The notes under the pieces: model-generated
What the model was told of the DNA's origin: nothing
The model's database searches: none
What the model saw: the letters and a program-made list of their open reading frames with translations, nothing else
Assembly: GCA_002269645.1 (NCBI GenBank)
Contig: NIVC01002817.1
Span: forward strand, 62,001-126,000
DNA length: 64,000 nucleotides
Direction: 5' to 3'
From: Macrostomum lignano
Taxonomy: Eukaryota
Part shown: piece by piece, positions 63,783-64,000 of the stretch
Layout of the letters: every line of letters starts with the position of its first letter
How positions within the stretch are numbered: position 1 is the stretch's first letter
Made by a program: the position numbers and the translations under genes

Positions 63783-64000
63783 AATCTCTAAAAAAACTCC
63801 CAGATAAACAAAGAAAAGCTCAGCAATACCCAGCGAGCTATTCGTTGCTCATTTATTAGCATTGTAAAAGCAGCAATTTTAATCATGCATGGAGAGCAAT
63901 TTTTAGAACAATGCATTTTCCTGTTCTTCAGCAGCGGGGATAATAATGACAATGGGATCTGCCCGTATGGCCCAATGGGATTTGAAAAGACCCAGTCGAG

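Overview
Eukaryotic (metazoan) genomic DNA; no rRNA, tRNA or CRISPR array is supported. It has three parts. (1) About 0.5-11.5 kb is AT-rich and holds two transposons with ends resolvable by eye: a 4,469-bp Ty3/Gypsy (Mag-like) LTR retrotransposon on the minus strand (527-4995; 230-bp LTRs, 5-bp TSD GTAGC, tRNA-Ser-type PBS, PPT; one frameshift and one nonsense codon) and a 5,299-bp decayed hAT DNA transposon (6151-11449; 16-bp imperfect TIRs, 8-bp TSD CTTTTTAT) whose transposase carries a ~1.5-kb in-frame Ala/Asn/Asp/Ser/Thr/Pro repeat. (2) 12983-17849 is an intact six-exon casein kinase II alpha gene (378 aa, + strand) in which each of the five introns holds a different minisatellite. (3) In 18.6-64 kb I recognise no protein: roughly 30 mostly unrelated micro/minisatellite arrays alternate with unique islands, typically 0.3-0.9 kb long. 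Almost all long ORFs in the track beyond 18 kb are translation artefacts of these arrays. The architecture resembles what I recall for the flatworm Macrostomum lignano, but that assignment is an unverified inference. I could not demonstrate a new biological system. The best leads are the island/array alternation, the splice-signal-like and transcription-factor-motif-like array units, and the repeat-expanded hAT transposase.
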